Assembly (NCBI GenBank): GCA_963758525.1
Contig: CAVWVQ010000003.1
Span: 4,576,001-4,640,000 of the forward strand
Reading direction: 5' to 3'
DNA from: an uncultured Phycisphaerales bacterium
GTDB taxonomy: Bacteria > Planctomycetota > Phycisphaerae > Tepidisphaerales > Tepidisphaeraceae
DNA: 64,000 bases
The notes under the pieces are model-generated. The model did no database searches. It was not told the origin of the DNA and worked only from the letters and a program-made list of their open reading frames with translations. Shown piece by piece: positions 1 to 10,039 of this stretch (position 1 is the stretch's first letter; the number at the start of each line of letters is the position of its first letter). A program made the position numbers and the translations under genes.

Positions 1-432
1 CAGATAGTTGACCAGAACCTCCGCGCCCGTCTCGCGAAGGACGCGGGCCACGTCGACCGGCTTGTCGCCGGCCGGCACGAAGCGTTGATCGGCCGGAAAG
101 TCGGCCATGTGGGGCGCGACGCCGTCGAGGATTTCGCCCATCTGCACGACGACGCCCGTGGAGACAACCTTTGGGAAAAAACGCTTGGTGTTGTTGGGCG
201 GCGCAAAGATCGCCTCTTCCAACGGCCGGCCGACTTTACGGGCGTCGATGTCGAACGCCGCGACAGGTTGAATGTCGCCCACGCGATATCCACCGAGCAC
301 CGGATGCATTAAACCCAGAGTCGGCAGCTTGCCGTCTTCTCCCAGAGAGGAGTAATAGGAGATGCCTTGGAGCAGCGAACTGGCACAATTTCCCACACCG
401 ACAATCGCAACACGGATTCCACGCATAGCCAT
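1..432 (-). CDS. ino1: Inositol-3-phosphate synthase (myo-inositol-1-phosphate synthase), 5' part, runs off the window
   Basis: Manual translation, not in the ORF track: MAMRGIRVAIVGVGNCASSLLQGISYY...LMHPVLGGYRVGDIQPVAAFDIDARKVGRPLEEAIFAPPNNT...TGAEVLVNYL, typical of bacterial MIPS. Confidence 0.92.
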   Translation of the reverse strand, partial: MAMRGIRVAIVGVGNCASSLLQGISYYSSLGEDGKLPTLGLMHPVLGGYRVGDIQPVAAFDIDARKVGRPLEEAIFAPPNNTKRFFPKVVSTGVVVQMGEILDGVAPHMADFPADQRFVPAGDKPVDVARVLRETGAEVLVNYL

Positions 433-624
433 CTGTTCCAAAATGAGCCCCCGAACTCGCTCCTTCTATTGTACGACGCCGACGGCCTGAGTGTTGCCAC
501 GTTATTCCGCCGCCGGCTTTGGCGCTTCGTGTGGGCGTGAAACCGCGTTTGCACATAACCGAAACGACAGGAATAAAGCTCGCGACCGTTGACCCCGCAG
601 GCCTTTGCCGGGAATAATCAGGTG

Positions 625-993
625 ATGGCCACTTTCCTTGAATCGCAGATCGGACTGTTGGAGCAGGAATCGGTATCTGCGGACATTCCGGGGGTTGAAG
701 ATCTGATCGCTTTTTCTCTTACAGCCCTGGAACGACTTGAGAGCCATCTCGGATGCGGCGGGTTGGCCGAACGTGACCGGCCGCTTGTGCCCTTGTTTCA
801 GCGCTGGCTCAGCGCGGCCGGCAAGGTGAAGGAGATGGCGCGGCACCTGAGGAGCGCCGGGGAGACGATAAGCGGCTATGACGATCTGTTGCGCACTATG
901 AATCGATCCAAGCCCGTCGCCGAGAGATTTGACTATTTTGTGGAGCTGAATCGCCGTTTGGCAAGCGGGGAAGGTGCGTCGAACGGTGGTTGA
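625..993 (+). CDS. Hypothetical helical protein, candidate antitoxin
   Basis: ORF 589..993, likely ATG at 625; stop lies 3 nt before a RelE-like gene. Confidence 0.5.
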   Translation: MATFLESQIGLLEQESVSADIPGVEDLIAFSLTALERLESHLGCGGLAERDRPLVPLFQRWLSAAGKVKEMARHLRSAGETISGYDDLLRTMNRSKPVAERFDYFVELNRRLASGEGASNGG

Positions 994-996
994 ACG

Positions 997-1268
997 GTGA
1001 CCTACATTCTCAAGTTCACCCCGGCAGCGGAGGCCCAATTGAGGGCCTTTCCGGTGCAATTGGGGCAGTTTGTCCGCGATCAACTCGCACGTCTGGGTGA
1101 AAGCCCCTCCGCCGTGAGTAGACTACTTCGGTCCTGCAGCCGCGTGGGCAACTGTTTGAGCTTTACTACGATAGTGGCGGTGTTGCCGTCTGGGTGAGCG
1201 TTATATTCCGTTTTGGCCAAGATGAGCAAACGCTTCATGTCGAGGACATTGCAGCCGAGTTTGGCTGA
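997..1268 (+). CDS. RelE/ParE-like small protein (one frameshift near 1120)
   Basis: N-term MTYILKFTPAAEAQLRAFP resembles the RelE beta1-alpha1 start; a second frame continues ...PRGQLFELYYDSGGVAVWVSVIFRFGQDEQTLHVEDIAAEFG*, giving ~90 aa. Confidence 0.5.
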
Positions 1269-1279
1269 GGCGACTCACG

Positions 1280-1852
1280 CTAAAGACCGCTGAGGTTTGA
1301 TTGCTTTGGCCGTAGAAGGGCGAGGACCTCAACATTCCCCTTCGCTCCCCTAATGGGGCTGACTACCGTCTGCAGCACATCAAAGCCGACGGAATGAACC
1401 GTACCCTTTACCTTGTTTATCACAGCTTCCACATCCTGCTCCGCAAGCACGCCATTCTTCAATTGCGAACGACCCGCTTCGTAATGCGGCTTGATGAGGG
1501 TTATGATCATGCCACCTTCGGCGAGCAGTCGGAACGCGGCGGGAAGAATTTTCTCCTGCCGGGTCCAGGCGACGTCAATCGTCGCCAGGTTGACCGCTTC
1601 AGGCAGAACCACATGCATCGCGTTCGTCCGCTCCATCGTAACCACTCGAGGATCGCGGCGCAGTTTCCACTCCAGAGCGCCGTAGCCGGTGTCGACGGCA
1701 TAAACCTTCGCGGCCCCGCGAGAGAGAAGGCAATCCACAAACCCGCCAACATTGCATCCCAGATCCGCGCAGATCATTCCATTGACATCGACGCCAAAAA
1801 CGTTGAGGGCATGTTCAAGCTTCGTGCCGGCACGGGAGACGAAAGCGCCCAT
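1280..1852 (-). CDS. TlyA/FtsJ-family RNA 2'-O-methyltransferase lacking the S4 domain
   Basis: FVSRAGTKL, DLGCNVGGFVDCLL, AVDTGYG, LIKPHYE, SPIRGAKGNVE motifs. Confidence 0.88.
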   Translation of the reverse strand: MGAFVSRAGTKLEHALNVFGVDVNGMICADLGCNVGGFVDCLLSRGAAKVYAVDTGYGALEWKLRRDPRVVTMERTNAMHVVLPEAVNLATIDVAWTRQEKILPAAFRLLAEGGMIITLIKPHYEAGRSQLKNGVLAEQDVEAVINKVKGTVHSVGFDVLQTVVSPIRGAKGNVEVLALLRPKQSNLSGL

Positions 1853-1856
1853 CGCG

Positions 1857-2912
1857 TTAACGTCCCTCGCTGAGCAAATCGACGGTGCATTCGATCACCG
1901 GCGCGGGGCACGACCAGACCAGCAGGAACATTGCCTCTCGCGCCAGCCGTTGCGCCGGATGATCGCTCAGCAGAGCAGCGCCCTTGTAGAGGGCGACAGC
2001 CGCATGCGCGGCCCTCAACGTCAGGTCGCTGCACTGACCCCGCACTCGCGAGGACGCAGCGGTGGCGTCCGCCTCCCGGCCATCCTGCGAGAGGGCGAGA
2101 ATCTCGTCGCGCAACTCCGTCAACTGTGTCTCAAAACGCGCAGTGCGCCGAGCGTGCTCCGGCCGAGCGATGCTGGGCGATCAGGTCCAGCGCTCCCCTG
2201 CACAGCCCCAAAGCGAGAAACGCCTGTCCGAGCGGAAGCGAGTTCCTGCGTCCGGTGAGGACCTTCTCCATCGGACCGCGCAACACGGCATCCGATTCCA
2301 CGCGCACGGCATCGCAGGTGATTCGCCCCGTCCAACTCGACCGCAGCGCCACCAGCGGCAACGACCCCTGGGCGACCACGCCCGAAAGAGACATCCGCAG
2401 CGCAATCAGCAATTGCCGGCCATCGGGGATCACCGCGCCGACGACGACCCAGTCTGCCTTGGCCGCCCCGGTTGCCCAGGGCACGATGCCGTCGAGTTGC
2501 CAGCCGTCACCAGTCGGGGTCGCCCTCAGCGCGGGCGGTCCTCCCTGCCTGCTTGTGGTGAGCTGCGCGATTCCGATCGTCGCAAAGATGCGATCGTCAG
2601 CGAGCTTTGACAGTAAATCCGCCGCAAGCGGCGACGGAAGCGCGCTCTCCAGCAATCCTGCCGCCGAGTCGCGCTGTGAAAGAATCAGCGCAACCGACAT
2701 CGATGCGCCGGCCAGCATTTCATAACCGAGATACAACTGCAGCGCCGACCATCCCTCGCCGCCAGCGGCTGCCGGAACGGCCCAGCGCATCGCCCCCGCG
2801 CCGCTCAGCAGCGCCAGGTCCTCTTCGGGCCATGCGCCACCTGATCCAGCACTGTTGCTCGACGCCCCAGCGCCGGAAGTAAAGCGACGAGTGATGAAAG
2901 AGGATCTTGCAC
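1857..2912 (-). CDS. Acyl-CoA dehydrogenase family protein (frameshifts near 2845 and 2130)
   Basis: Three joined frames: MQDPLSSLVALLPALGRRA..., WPEEDLALLSGAG...ILSQRDSA...GWQLDGIVPWATGA..., ...KGAALLSDHPAQRLAREAMFLLVW. Confidence 0.8.
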
Positions 2913-2921
2913 CCGCGTAAC

Positions 2922-3038
2922 GTACCACGGGTTTCCAACCCGTGCGAAGAGCGCCAGAACTTCCTCGCGCGCCCGATTTTCCAAAATGCGGATTCCTTCC
3001 GTCCGGGGCAACTCGCACGGGTTGGAAACCCGTGGTAC
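2922..3038. repeat. REP/REPIN-like inverted doublet
   Basis: GTACCACGGGTTTCCAACCCGTGCGA and its perfect reverse complement TCGCACGGGTTGGAAACCCGTGGTAC; each arm is itself a hairpin. Confidence 0.85.
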
Positions 3039-3069
3039 AACCCGGCCACCCCGGATCATCCGGTGACTC

Positions 3070-4617
3070 ATGAGCAATACTTTCTACATCACGACGCCGA
3101 TCTACTATCCGAACGCGGATCCGCATCTGGGGCACGTCTACACGACGATCGCCGCCGATGTTTTGGCTCGCTACCACCGCCTGCGCGGCGACGATACGTG
3201 GTTCCTGACCGGCACCGACGAGCATGGGATCAAGATGGTGAAAAGCGCCGCCGCCGAAAACGTGGAGCCGGCGGAGCTTTCAGAGCGGGTGGCAGCGGTC
3301 TTCCGCGATCTCTGGAAAGAGCTGGAGATCACAAACGACGATTTCATCCGCACCACCGAGCCGCGACACAAAGCCGGCGTCAATGCGATCGTGCAGAAGC
3401 TGGTTGCCAACGGCGACATCTACCTTGGCGGCTACGAGGGGTGGTACGACGAGGGGCAGGAAGAATTCGTCACCGAAACCGACGCCAAGCTCAATGCATA
3501 TCAATCCGCCATCAGCGGCCGGCCGCTCACGCGGTATAAGGAATCGACGTATTTCTTTCGCCTCACGAAGTACGTGCCGCGCGTTCTGGAATATATCGAG
3601 GCCCATCCCGATTTCATTCAGCCCGAATCGCGTCGCAATGAGGTGGTGAGCAAGCTGCGCGCTGGGGTCGATGATCTCTCGGTGAGCCGGGCCACGCTCA
3701 AGTGGGGCATTCCGATGCCGCACGATCCGGAGCATACGGTCTACGTCTGGATCGACGCCCTGAGCAATTACATCACCGCGTTAGGTTACGGCAGCGCCGA
3801 TGACTCGAAGATGAAGCGATATTGGCCCGCAAATGCGCATCTGATCGGCAAAGACATTCTCTGGTTTCACTGCGTCTATTGGCCGGCAATGCTCTTCGCG
3901 CTGGGGCTTGAGCCGCCAAAGGCAGTGGTGGCGCATGGATGGTTCACCACAGAGGGCCGCAAGCAGAGCAAGTCGTTGAAGAACTTCATCGACCTGTCAA
4001 AGCTGCGCGAAAAGAACGCGATCTATGGCCCCGACGCGCTTCGCTACTTCCTGCTGCGAGCGACGACTTTCGGCGCCGACCCTGACTGGAGCGACGCGGA
4101 CTTTTCCAAGGCATACAAGGAACTGAAGAACGTCGTCGGGAATTGCCTGAATCGGCTGCTCGTGATGCTCGGGAAATACCGCGACGGGACCATCCCTGCC
4201 GCCGGGAAGCTTGAGGAGATCGACCATTCTCTGGTCGCGGCCACCGCTCGATTGCGCGGCGCGCTGGAAGGGGCGTACGCGCGCTTTGAGCTGCATCATT
4301 GCGCAACGCTACCGATTGAGCTAGCCCGTGCCGTCAACGGCTATATCGATGCGACCGAGCCGTTCAAACTGCAAAAAGATCCCGCGAAGAAGCAGCGCCT
4401 CGATACGGTCCTGAATCTCGCCGCGCAGGCGATGTTCCAGGCGCTGGTCGGCCTGCTTCCGGTGCTCCCTCACAAGGCAGCCCAAGGGCTGACGCAGCTC
4501 AATGTGCCGATCGAGGGAAAGACGCTTTCCACTTTGGCGGAGTTGGTATTACTGCCGGGACATCAGACCGGAACGCCCAAAGGCTTATTTCCGGACGTTG
4601 AGGAAAAGCCGGCCTGA
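3070..4617 (+). CDS. metG: Methionyl-tRNA synthetase
   Basis: FYITTPIYYPNADPHLGH, FLTGTDEHG, YVWIDAL, IGKDILWFHCVYWPAML, KMSKS-equivalent KQSKS. Confidence 0.97.
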   Translation: MSNTFYITTPIYYPNADPHLGHVYTTIAADVLARYHRLRGDDTWFLTGTDEHGIKMVKSAAAENVEPAELSERVAAVFRDLWKELEITNDDFIRTTEPRHKAGVNAIVQKLVANGDIYLGGYEGWYDEGQEEFVTETDAKLNAYQSAISGRPLTRYKESTYFFRLTKYVPRVLEYIEAHPDFIQPESRRNEVVSKLRAGVDDLSVSRATLKWGIPMPHDPEHTVYVWIDALSNYITALGYGSADDSKMKRYWPANAHLIGKDILWFHCVYWPAMLFALGLEPPKAVVAHGWFTTEGRKQSKSLKNFIDLSKLREKNAIYGPDALRYFLLRATTFGADPDWSDADFSKAYKELKNVVGNCLNRLLVMLGKYRDGTIPAAGKLEEIDHSLVAATARLRGALEGAYARFELHHCATLPIELARAVNGYIDATEPFKLQKDPAKKQRLDTVLNLAAQAMFQALVGLLPVLPHKAAQGLTQLNVPIEGKTLSTLAELVLLPGHQTGTPKGLFPDVEEKPA

Positions 4618-4651
4618 AGCGGCGGGGTGTTGCGCCGATTGATGATGAGAG

Positions 4652-4875
4652 ATGGTGATTGGAAACGTGAGAGGGGTGATTGGTGATTGGAACGTGACAA
4701 GAGGGTATGAAACGTGAAGACGTGAAACGTGAGAGGGGTGATTGGTGATTGGAACGTGACAAGAGGGTATGAAACGTGAAGGCGTGAAACGTGAGAAGGG
4801 TGATTGGTGATTGGAACGTGACAAGAGGCATTCCTGTCACGTTTCAATCACCAATCACCCGGGCCACCAATCACC
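4652..4875. repeat. 62-bp tandem repeat (~2.7 copies) built of GGTGATT and GAAACGT submotifs, with a terminal inverted arm
   Basis: Unit GAAACGTGAGAGGGGTGATTGGTGATTGGAACGTGACAAGAGGGTATGAAACGTGAAGACGT; inverted arm TGTCACGTTTCAATCACCAATCACCC at ~4835-4860. Confidence 0.9.
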
Positions 4876-4914
4876 TGGCCCGCACGCGATTTGTTGAACC
4901 GAAAGGGATCCTAG

Positions 4915-6307
4915 ATGTTGGACCGTATCTTCAAGGCCTATGACGTTCGAGCAACCTACCCCAATCCACTGAACGAGGAGGTTGCCTGGAAAGTCGGCCA
5001 TGCCACGGGACAGTTTCTGCAGCGCAGCCGGGCGTCCATACCCGACAGTCAGAAAGTGAAACGCGAGGACACGCTGGTCGTCGGCCGCGACATGCGCCCG
5101 CATTCCCCGGCGCTGGCGGCGGCGTTAATCGATGGGGTGACCTCGACAGGGCTCAAGGTCGTCGACGTCGGCATGATTGACACGTCGATGATCTATTTCG
5201 CGATCAACCAGGTCGACGCCGTCGGCGGAATCCAGACGACTGCTTCCCACAATCCGATCAACTACAACGGCTTTAAAATCAGCGGCCCCAAGGCCAAGCC
5301 GATCGGATCAGCCAGCGGCCTGGACGACATTAAACGGATCGCCTCGACGCTGCGCGTCGGACAAACCGGCATCAAAGGCGCCGTCGAGCACCTCGATCTT
5401 TGGCCGCAATATCGCGCACACGTTCTGAAGTTTCTCAAGCTCCCGCGCAAGCTGCGTGTCGCGATCGACGCCAGCAACGGTATGGCTGGGAAGATGGTTC
5501 CCGCGGTCTTTGGCAACGTGCCGAACCTCGAAATCGTGCCGCTGCTTTTCGAAATCGACGGCAAGTTCGTCCACGAGCCTAATCCGCTGGTCGATTCCAA
5601 CCTCGACATGCTCAAGGCGAAGATGAAAGAGACAAAAGTCGACTTCGGCGTCTGCTTCGATGGCGACGCCGATCGCTGCTTCTTCGTGGACGAGCAGGCG
5701 CAGACGGTCGGCTGCGACATGATCACGGCGGTCTTGCGCGCGCGACTTCCTCAAGGCGCCGGAGAACAAGGGGGCGACGATCGTCTACGATCTGCGCTCC
5801 AGCCACGTGGTTGCCGATGAAGTGAAAGCAGCGGGCGGCGAGCCCCGCCGCGAGCGCGTCGGGCATGCGTTCATCAAAAAGACGATGGCCGAAACCAAGG
5901 CCGTCTTCGGCGGCGAGCTTTCCGGTCACTTCTACTTCCGCGACAACTTTTTCGCGGATTCCGGGGCGATTGCGTTTGCGCGTCTGCTTTCCGTGATGGC
6001 CGCGCAAAGCCAGCCGCTGAGCAGCCTGATCAAGCCTTTGACGCGTTACAGTCAGAGCGGCGAGATGAATTTTCAGGTTGAGGACAAGGAAGGGAAGATT
6101 CGCGAGCTGGCCGATGCCTACAAAAAAGCGCAGATCGACTATCTGGATGGCGTCACCATCGACCTGGGCGACTGGTGGTTCAACGTCCGCAAGAGCAACA
6201 CCGAGCCGCTGCTGCGTCTGAATCTCGAAGCCAGCACCGTGGCGTTGCGGGACGAAAAGCTCAAGGAATTGAAGAAGTATCTCGGTGAGCCGGCGGTAGG
6301 GCACTAG
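4915..6307 (+). CDS. Phosphomannomutase/phosphoglucomutase (frameshift near 5740)
   Basis: IFKAYDVR, TASHNP phosphoserine loop, FDGDADR metal loop, GGELSGH, RKSNTEPLLRLNLEA. Confidence 0.93.
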
Positions 6308-6341
6308 TGGATGATTCCCGTCGAAAATTCCGTTGGACAAC

Positions 6342-6411
6342 GTAGGGCGGGATTCATCCCGCCGCGCCTTCTGTGAGACGACAGACCACGGCGGGATAAA
6401 TCCCGCCCTAC
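6342..6411. repeat. GTAG-type REP doublet (REPIN), copy 1
   Basis: GTAGGGCGGGATTCATCCCGCCG ... CGGCGGGATAAATCCCGCCCTAC; same family at 61472. Confidence 0.88.
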
Positions 6412-6497
6412 AGGAGATCGCACTGCAAGTTCAGATCGAATGTACTACCAGCGCACGGCGCGGGTACACTCATCTTTTGAGATTGGTACCCAGCATT

Positions 6498-6604
6498 TCC
6501 CCCTCCCCTGCTATTCCGGGGGAGGGCTGGGGTGGGGGTCGAACTCGCAATCGGCGCGGTGTGCCCCCACCTCGATCCTCCCCCGGAGTACCAGGGGAGG
6601 AAGG
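6498..6604. repeat. C/G-rich palindromic intergenic element (CCCCTCCCCTG...GGGAGGGCTGGGGTGGGGG doublet)
   Basis: Two inverted imperfect palindromes; related single copy at ~9198-9243. Confidence 0.65.
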
Positions 6605-6642
6605 AAGAGCGGTCTTCTCGAAAGCTCTTTCGGTTTTACGAC

Positions 6643-9185
6643 GTGCTTCCTCTTCCCATCGATCGCAGTCTGCCCGAGATCGTCGCCGCGGCGCACCGAG
6701 CGCGCTCGCTGGTGCTCATCGCCGAGCCGGGAGCGGGAAAGACAACCCGCGTCGCGCCGGCGCTGCTGGCGGCTGGGGTTATCGATCCCGCTCACCCAAC
6801 CATCGTGATGCTTCAGCCCCGCCGCGTGGCGGCGCGGGCGGCGGCACAGCGCATCGCCGATGAGCAGGGGTGGGACCTTGGCCGCCAAGTCGGCTACCAC
6901 GTTCGCTTCGACCGTCGGATTGGACGAGATACGCGGCTGCGCGTGCTCACGGAGGGCATTCTCACCCGCCAGCTCGTTGACGATCCGTTTCTCGAAGGCA
7001 TCGGGGCCGTACTTCTCGATGAATTCCACGAGAGAAACATCCACTCGGACCTGGCCATCGCGCTGCTTCGCGAGGTTCGCCAGACGGTTCGGCCGGACCT
7101 GATTCTGATCGTGATGTCGGCGACGCTCGAGGCGGAGCCGGTGGCACGATTTCTCGGCGACTGCCCGATCATCCGCGTGGAAGGCCGCACCTTTCCCGTT
7201 GAAGTTGCACACGTCGCATCTTCGGTTGGCATGCGCGCCGACGCGATCGCGAACGCGGTTGCAGATGCGCTCGACGCCGAGCTTCGAGCAGAGCGCGACG
7301 CGGGAGACATACTCGTTTTCCTGCCCGGCGCTGAAGAAATTCGCAGGTCAGCCGCAGCTGTCGACCGGCTCGCCGCCGAACGCGATTTGCTCGTGCTGCC
7401 GCTCCACGGGAGCCTGACGGCGGAAGAGCAAGCGGCCGCTTTGCGCCCGCGTCGCGCCGAAAGGTGATCCTGGCGACGAATATCGCCGAAACGTCGCTCA
7501 CCATCGACGGCGTGCGCACCGTCATCGACAGCGGTTTGGCGCGCGTGGCCGGATATGACGCGCGGCGCGGGATGGATCGGCTGGAGTTGTCCCGGATCAG
7601 CCGCGCCTCGGCCGCGCAGCGTGCCGGGCGTGCCGGCCGTACCGCGCCTGGGAAGTGTGTTCGACTCTGGACGATCGCAGAGGAACGGACGCTTGAGGCG
7701 TTTGAGCTCCCCGAAGTGCGTCGCGTGGATCTCTGCGGCGTCGTCCTCTCGCTGCACGCGTGGGGAAAGAGCGATGTCCGGTCGTTCGGCTGGTTTGAGC
7801 CGCCCAGCGACGAAACGATTCTCGCAGCCGAGAGATTGCTCGCGATGCTGGGCGCGCTCGACGCCGAGACGGATGGAATGATCACGGAGCTCGGTCGGCG
7901 GCTCCTGGCGGCGCCAGCGCATCCAAGATTGGCGCGACTGCTGGCGCAGGCTGCGGAGACCGGAATGCTGGCCGAGGGGGCGACGCTGGCTGCGCTGATG
8001 GAAGAGAGAGACATCCTCCTTCGCGAGTCCGCATTCGTCGCGCCCGTTGCCGGATCGTCAGACTTGCTGTGGAGAATGCAACTGCTGGAATCGCACGGCG
8101 ATGTCGATCCGGCGGCGGCCCGCCAGGTGATGAGGGCTCGCGACTCGCTCCTTCGCGCTGGTCAGGTGATCTCCTCGCGACGGGGTTCGCCGCCATCGGA
8201 TCGCGAAGCGGCGATGCTGCAATTGATTCTGCTCGCGTATCCCGATCGCGTTGCCCGGCGGCGCGTGCCCGGAGCGGGCGCGGCGGCCATCGTCGGCGGC
8301 GGGGGAGTGAAGCTCGCGGCGGAATCCGTCGTCCGCCAGGCGGAATTCTTTGTCGCCCTCGACGCGCGGGAGGATCAGCGCAGCCAGACGCGCAAAGCGC
8401 TGGTGCGAATCGCCAGCGCCGTGCGCGTCGAATGGCTCGAAGAGCTGTTTCCGCAGTCGATTCGCCGGGAGCGGGAAGTGGTCTTTGACGAAGGCCGTCA
8501 GCGCGTAGTCGGGCGTGGGCGCGTCTGGTATCGCGATTTGCTGCTGCGGGAGGACCAGGACGCGCCGGTGGACGCCGAACGGGCAGCCGAAGTTCTCGCC
8601 CATGCACTCGCGCCCCGAGCGGCGGAAATCTTCGAGGCCGACGCATCGGCCGGAGATTGGCTTGCTCGACTGCGCTTCGTCCAGAAGCATCTTCCCGAGC
8701 ATCCCTGGCCCGCAATGGACGCGGCGCAGCTGGCCGCACTTCTCTCGCTGGCCTGTCGCAACAAGCGCGGACTGGAGGAACTGCGCCGATCCCCCCTGGT
8801 CACCGTGCTGGCCGGATCGCTGCAATACCCGTTGGACCGACTGTTCGAAGAGCAGGCGCCGTCAGAGCTGATCGCGCCGACCGGGAGCCGGGTTCGGCTC
8901 GACTATCGCAGCGGCGCCCGGCCGGTGCTGGCGGTGCGATTGCAGGAGGTTTTCGGCTGGGTCGATACGCCAAAGATCGCGATGGGCCGCGTCGCGGTGC
9001 TGCTGCACCTGCTCGGACCGAACTTTCGTCCGGTGCAGATCACCGACGATTTGCGGAGCTTCTGGAAGACGACTTACTTCCAGGTGCGCAAGGACCTGCG
9101 TACGCGTTATCCAAAGCACGCCTGGCCCGAGGATCCGCTCACGGCAAAGCCCGAAGCCAGGGGGCGCCATCGTGCGCCCAAGTGA
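6643..9185 (+). CDS. hrpB: ATP-dependent RNA helicase HrpB (frameshift near 7460)
   Basis: EPGAGKTT, LQPRRVAARA, DEFHER, MSAT, ATNIAETSLTIDG, QRAGRAGR, C-term FWKTTYFQVRKDLRTRYPKHAWPEDP. Confidence 0.94.
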
Positions 9186-9190
9186 ATCCG

Positions 9191-9946
9191 CTAATTACCC
9201 CCCTCTCCTGGTACGCCGGGAGAGGGTTGGGGTGAGGGGGAGGGAGCACGCCGTCGAAGGTTCTCAACCTGATCTGAGATAAGCGGCCCGCGCGCATGCT
9301 TCTTCAGTCTGCCATGACGGAGGTGATGCACGTAGCGCAGATCGCCCGATTCCCGATCGGCCAGCGCTCCGCGGATCGTTTCCTTCCCGTCTTCAGTCAG
9401 TTCGAGCACGAGCTTGAACGGACCGACCCGCGACATCCCCGGGATGTTCACTTCGCTGGACTCGATGAGCTGATGCGCAAGCGTCCTGGCGATGCCGGGA
9501 TTTTGCGTGTTGTCACTGTCGACATAGTCAGCCAGTGCAGCAGGCAGGCGTTCAACCGAATCCCCGATGAGACTGGCAATCGACAGCGTTCGCAGCAATG
9601 TTTCACCTTGCGGATCCCTGGCATCCGCGTGGAGGTCGTCGAGCGGATTGTCGTATACAAGTTCCACCGCGTCGTCGGGCCCCATCATCAGCAGCGAGCC
9701 AAAGGGGAAGCATTCGATGGTGACCTTGTCGATCGTGAGATAGCACATCTCCTGATCCGCCAGGATTTGATCCGCTTCGCCGGAAGTAATTCTCTGGCTG
9801 GGATCAATGATAAACCGCATCCGTGTATCGTCGCCTTGAAGGCTCAGCTCGGATGGTTGCGGTGGTCCGCCGGAGCTGGCGGCGCAGCCGCTCAGCAGCG
9901 CCACGCAAAGCAGACCGATGACTCGAGGAGGCGGCTGCATCTTCAC
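9191..9946 (-). CDS. Hypothetical lipoprotein
   Basis: Hydrophobic signal and lipobox LSGC; the last codons run into a palindromic repeat, so the true C-terminus is uncertain. Confidence 0.6.
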   Translation of the reverse strand: MKMQPPPRVIGLLCVALLSGCAASSGGPPQPSELSLQGDDTRMRFIIDPSQRITSGEADQILADQEMCYLTIDKVTIECFPFGSLLMMGPDDAVELVYDNPLDDLHADARDPQGETLLRTLSIASLIGDSVERLPAALADYVDSDNTQNPGIARTLAHQLIESSEVNIPGMSRVGPFKLVLELTEDGKETIRGALADRESGDLRYVHHLRHGRLKKHARGPLISDQVENLRRRAPSPSPQPSPGVPGEGGN

Positions 9947-10039
9947 CGGGAATTGTAGGAGCCCGAGGATGCGGGGCCACAGCCGAGACGGCTGTGAAAC
10001 TTGATTGCATCACTCATGGTTCCAGTTTGATCGCGGAGA

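Noticed and set aside
4652..4875. Possible CRISPR array
   Set aside because: Inter-repeat segments are near-identical rather than unique spacers, and there are no cas genes
4915..9185. Pseudogenes or programmed frameshifts in the phosphomannomutase gene, hrpB and others
   Set aside because: Single indels with all motifs intact and no slippery heptamers; sequencing error is more parsimonious
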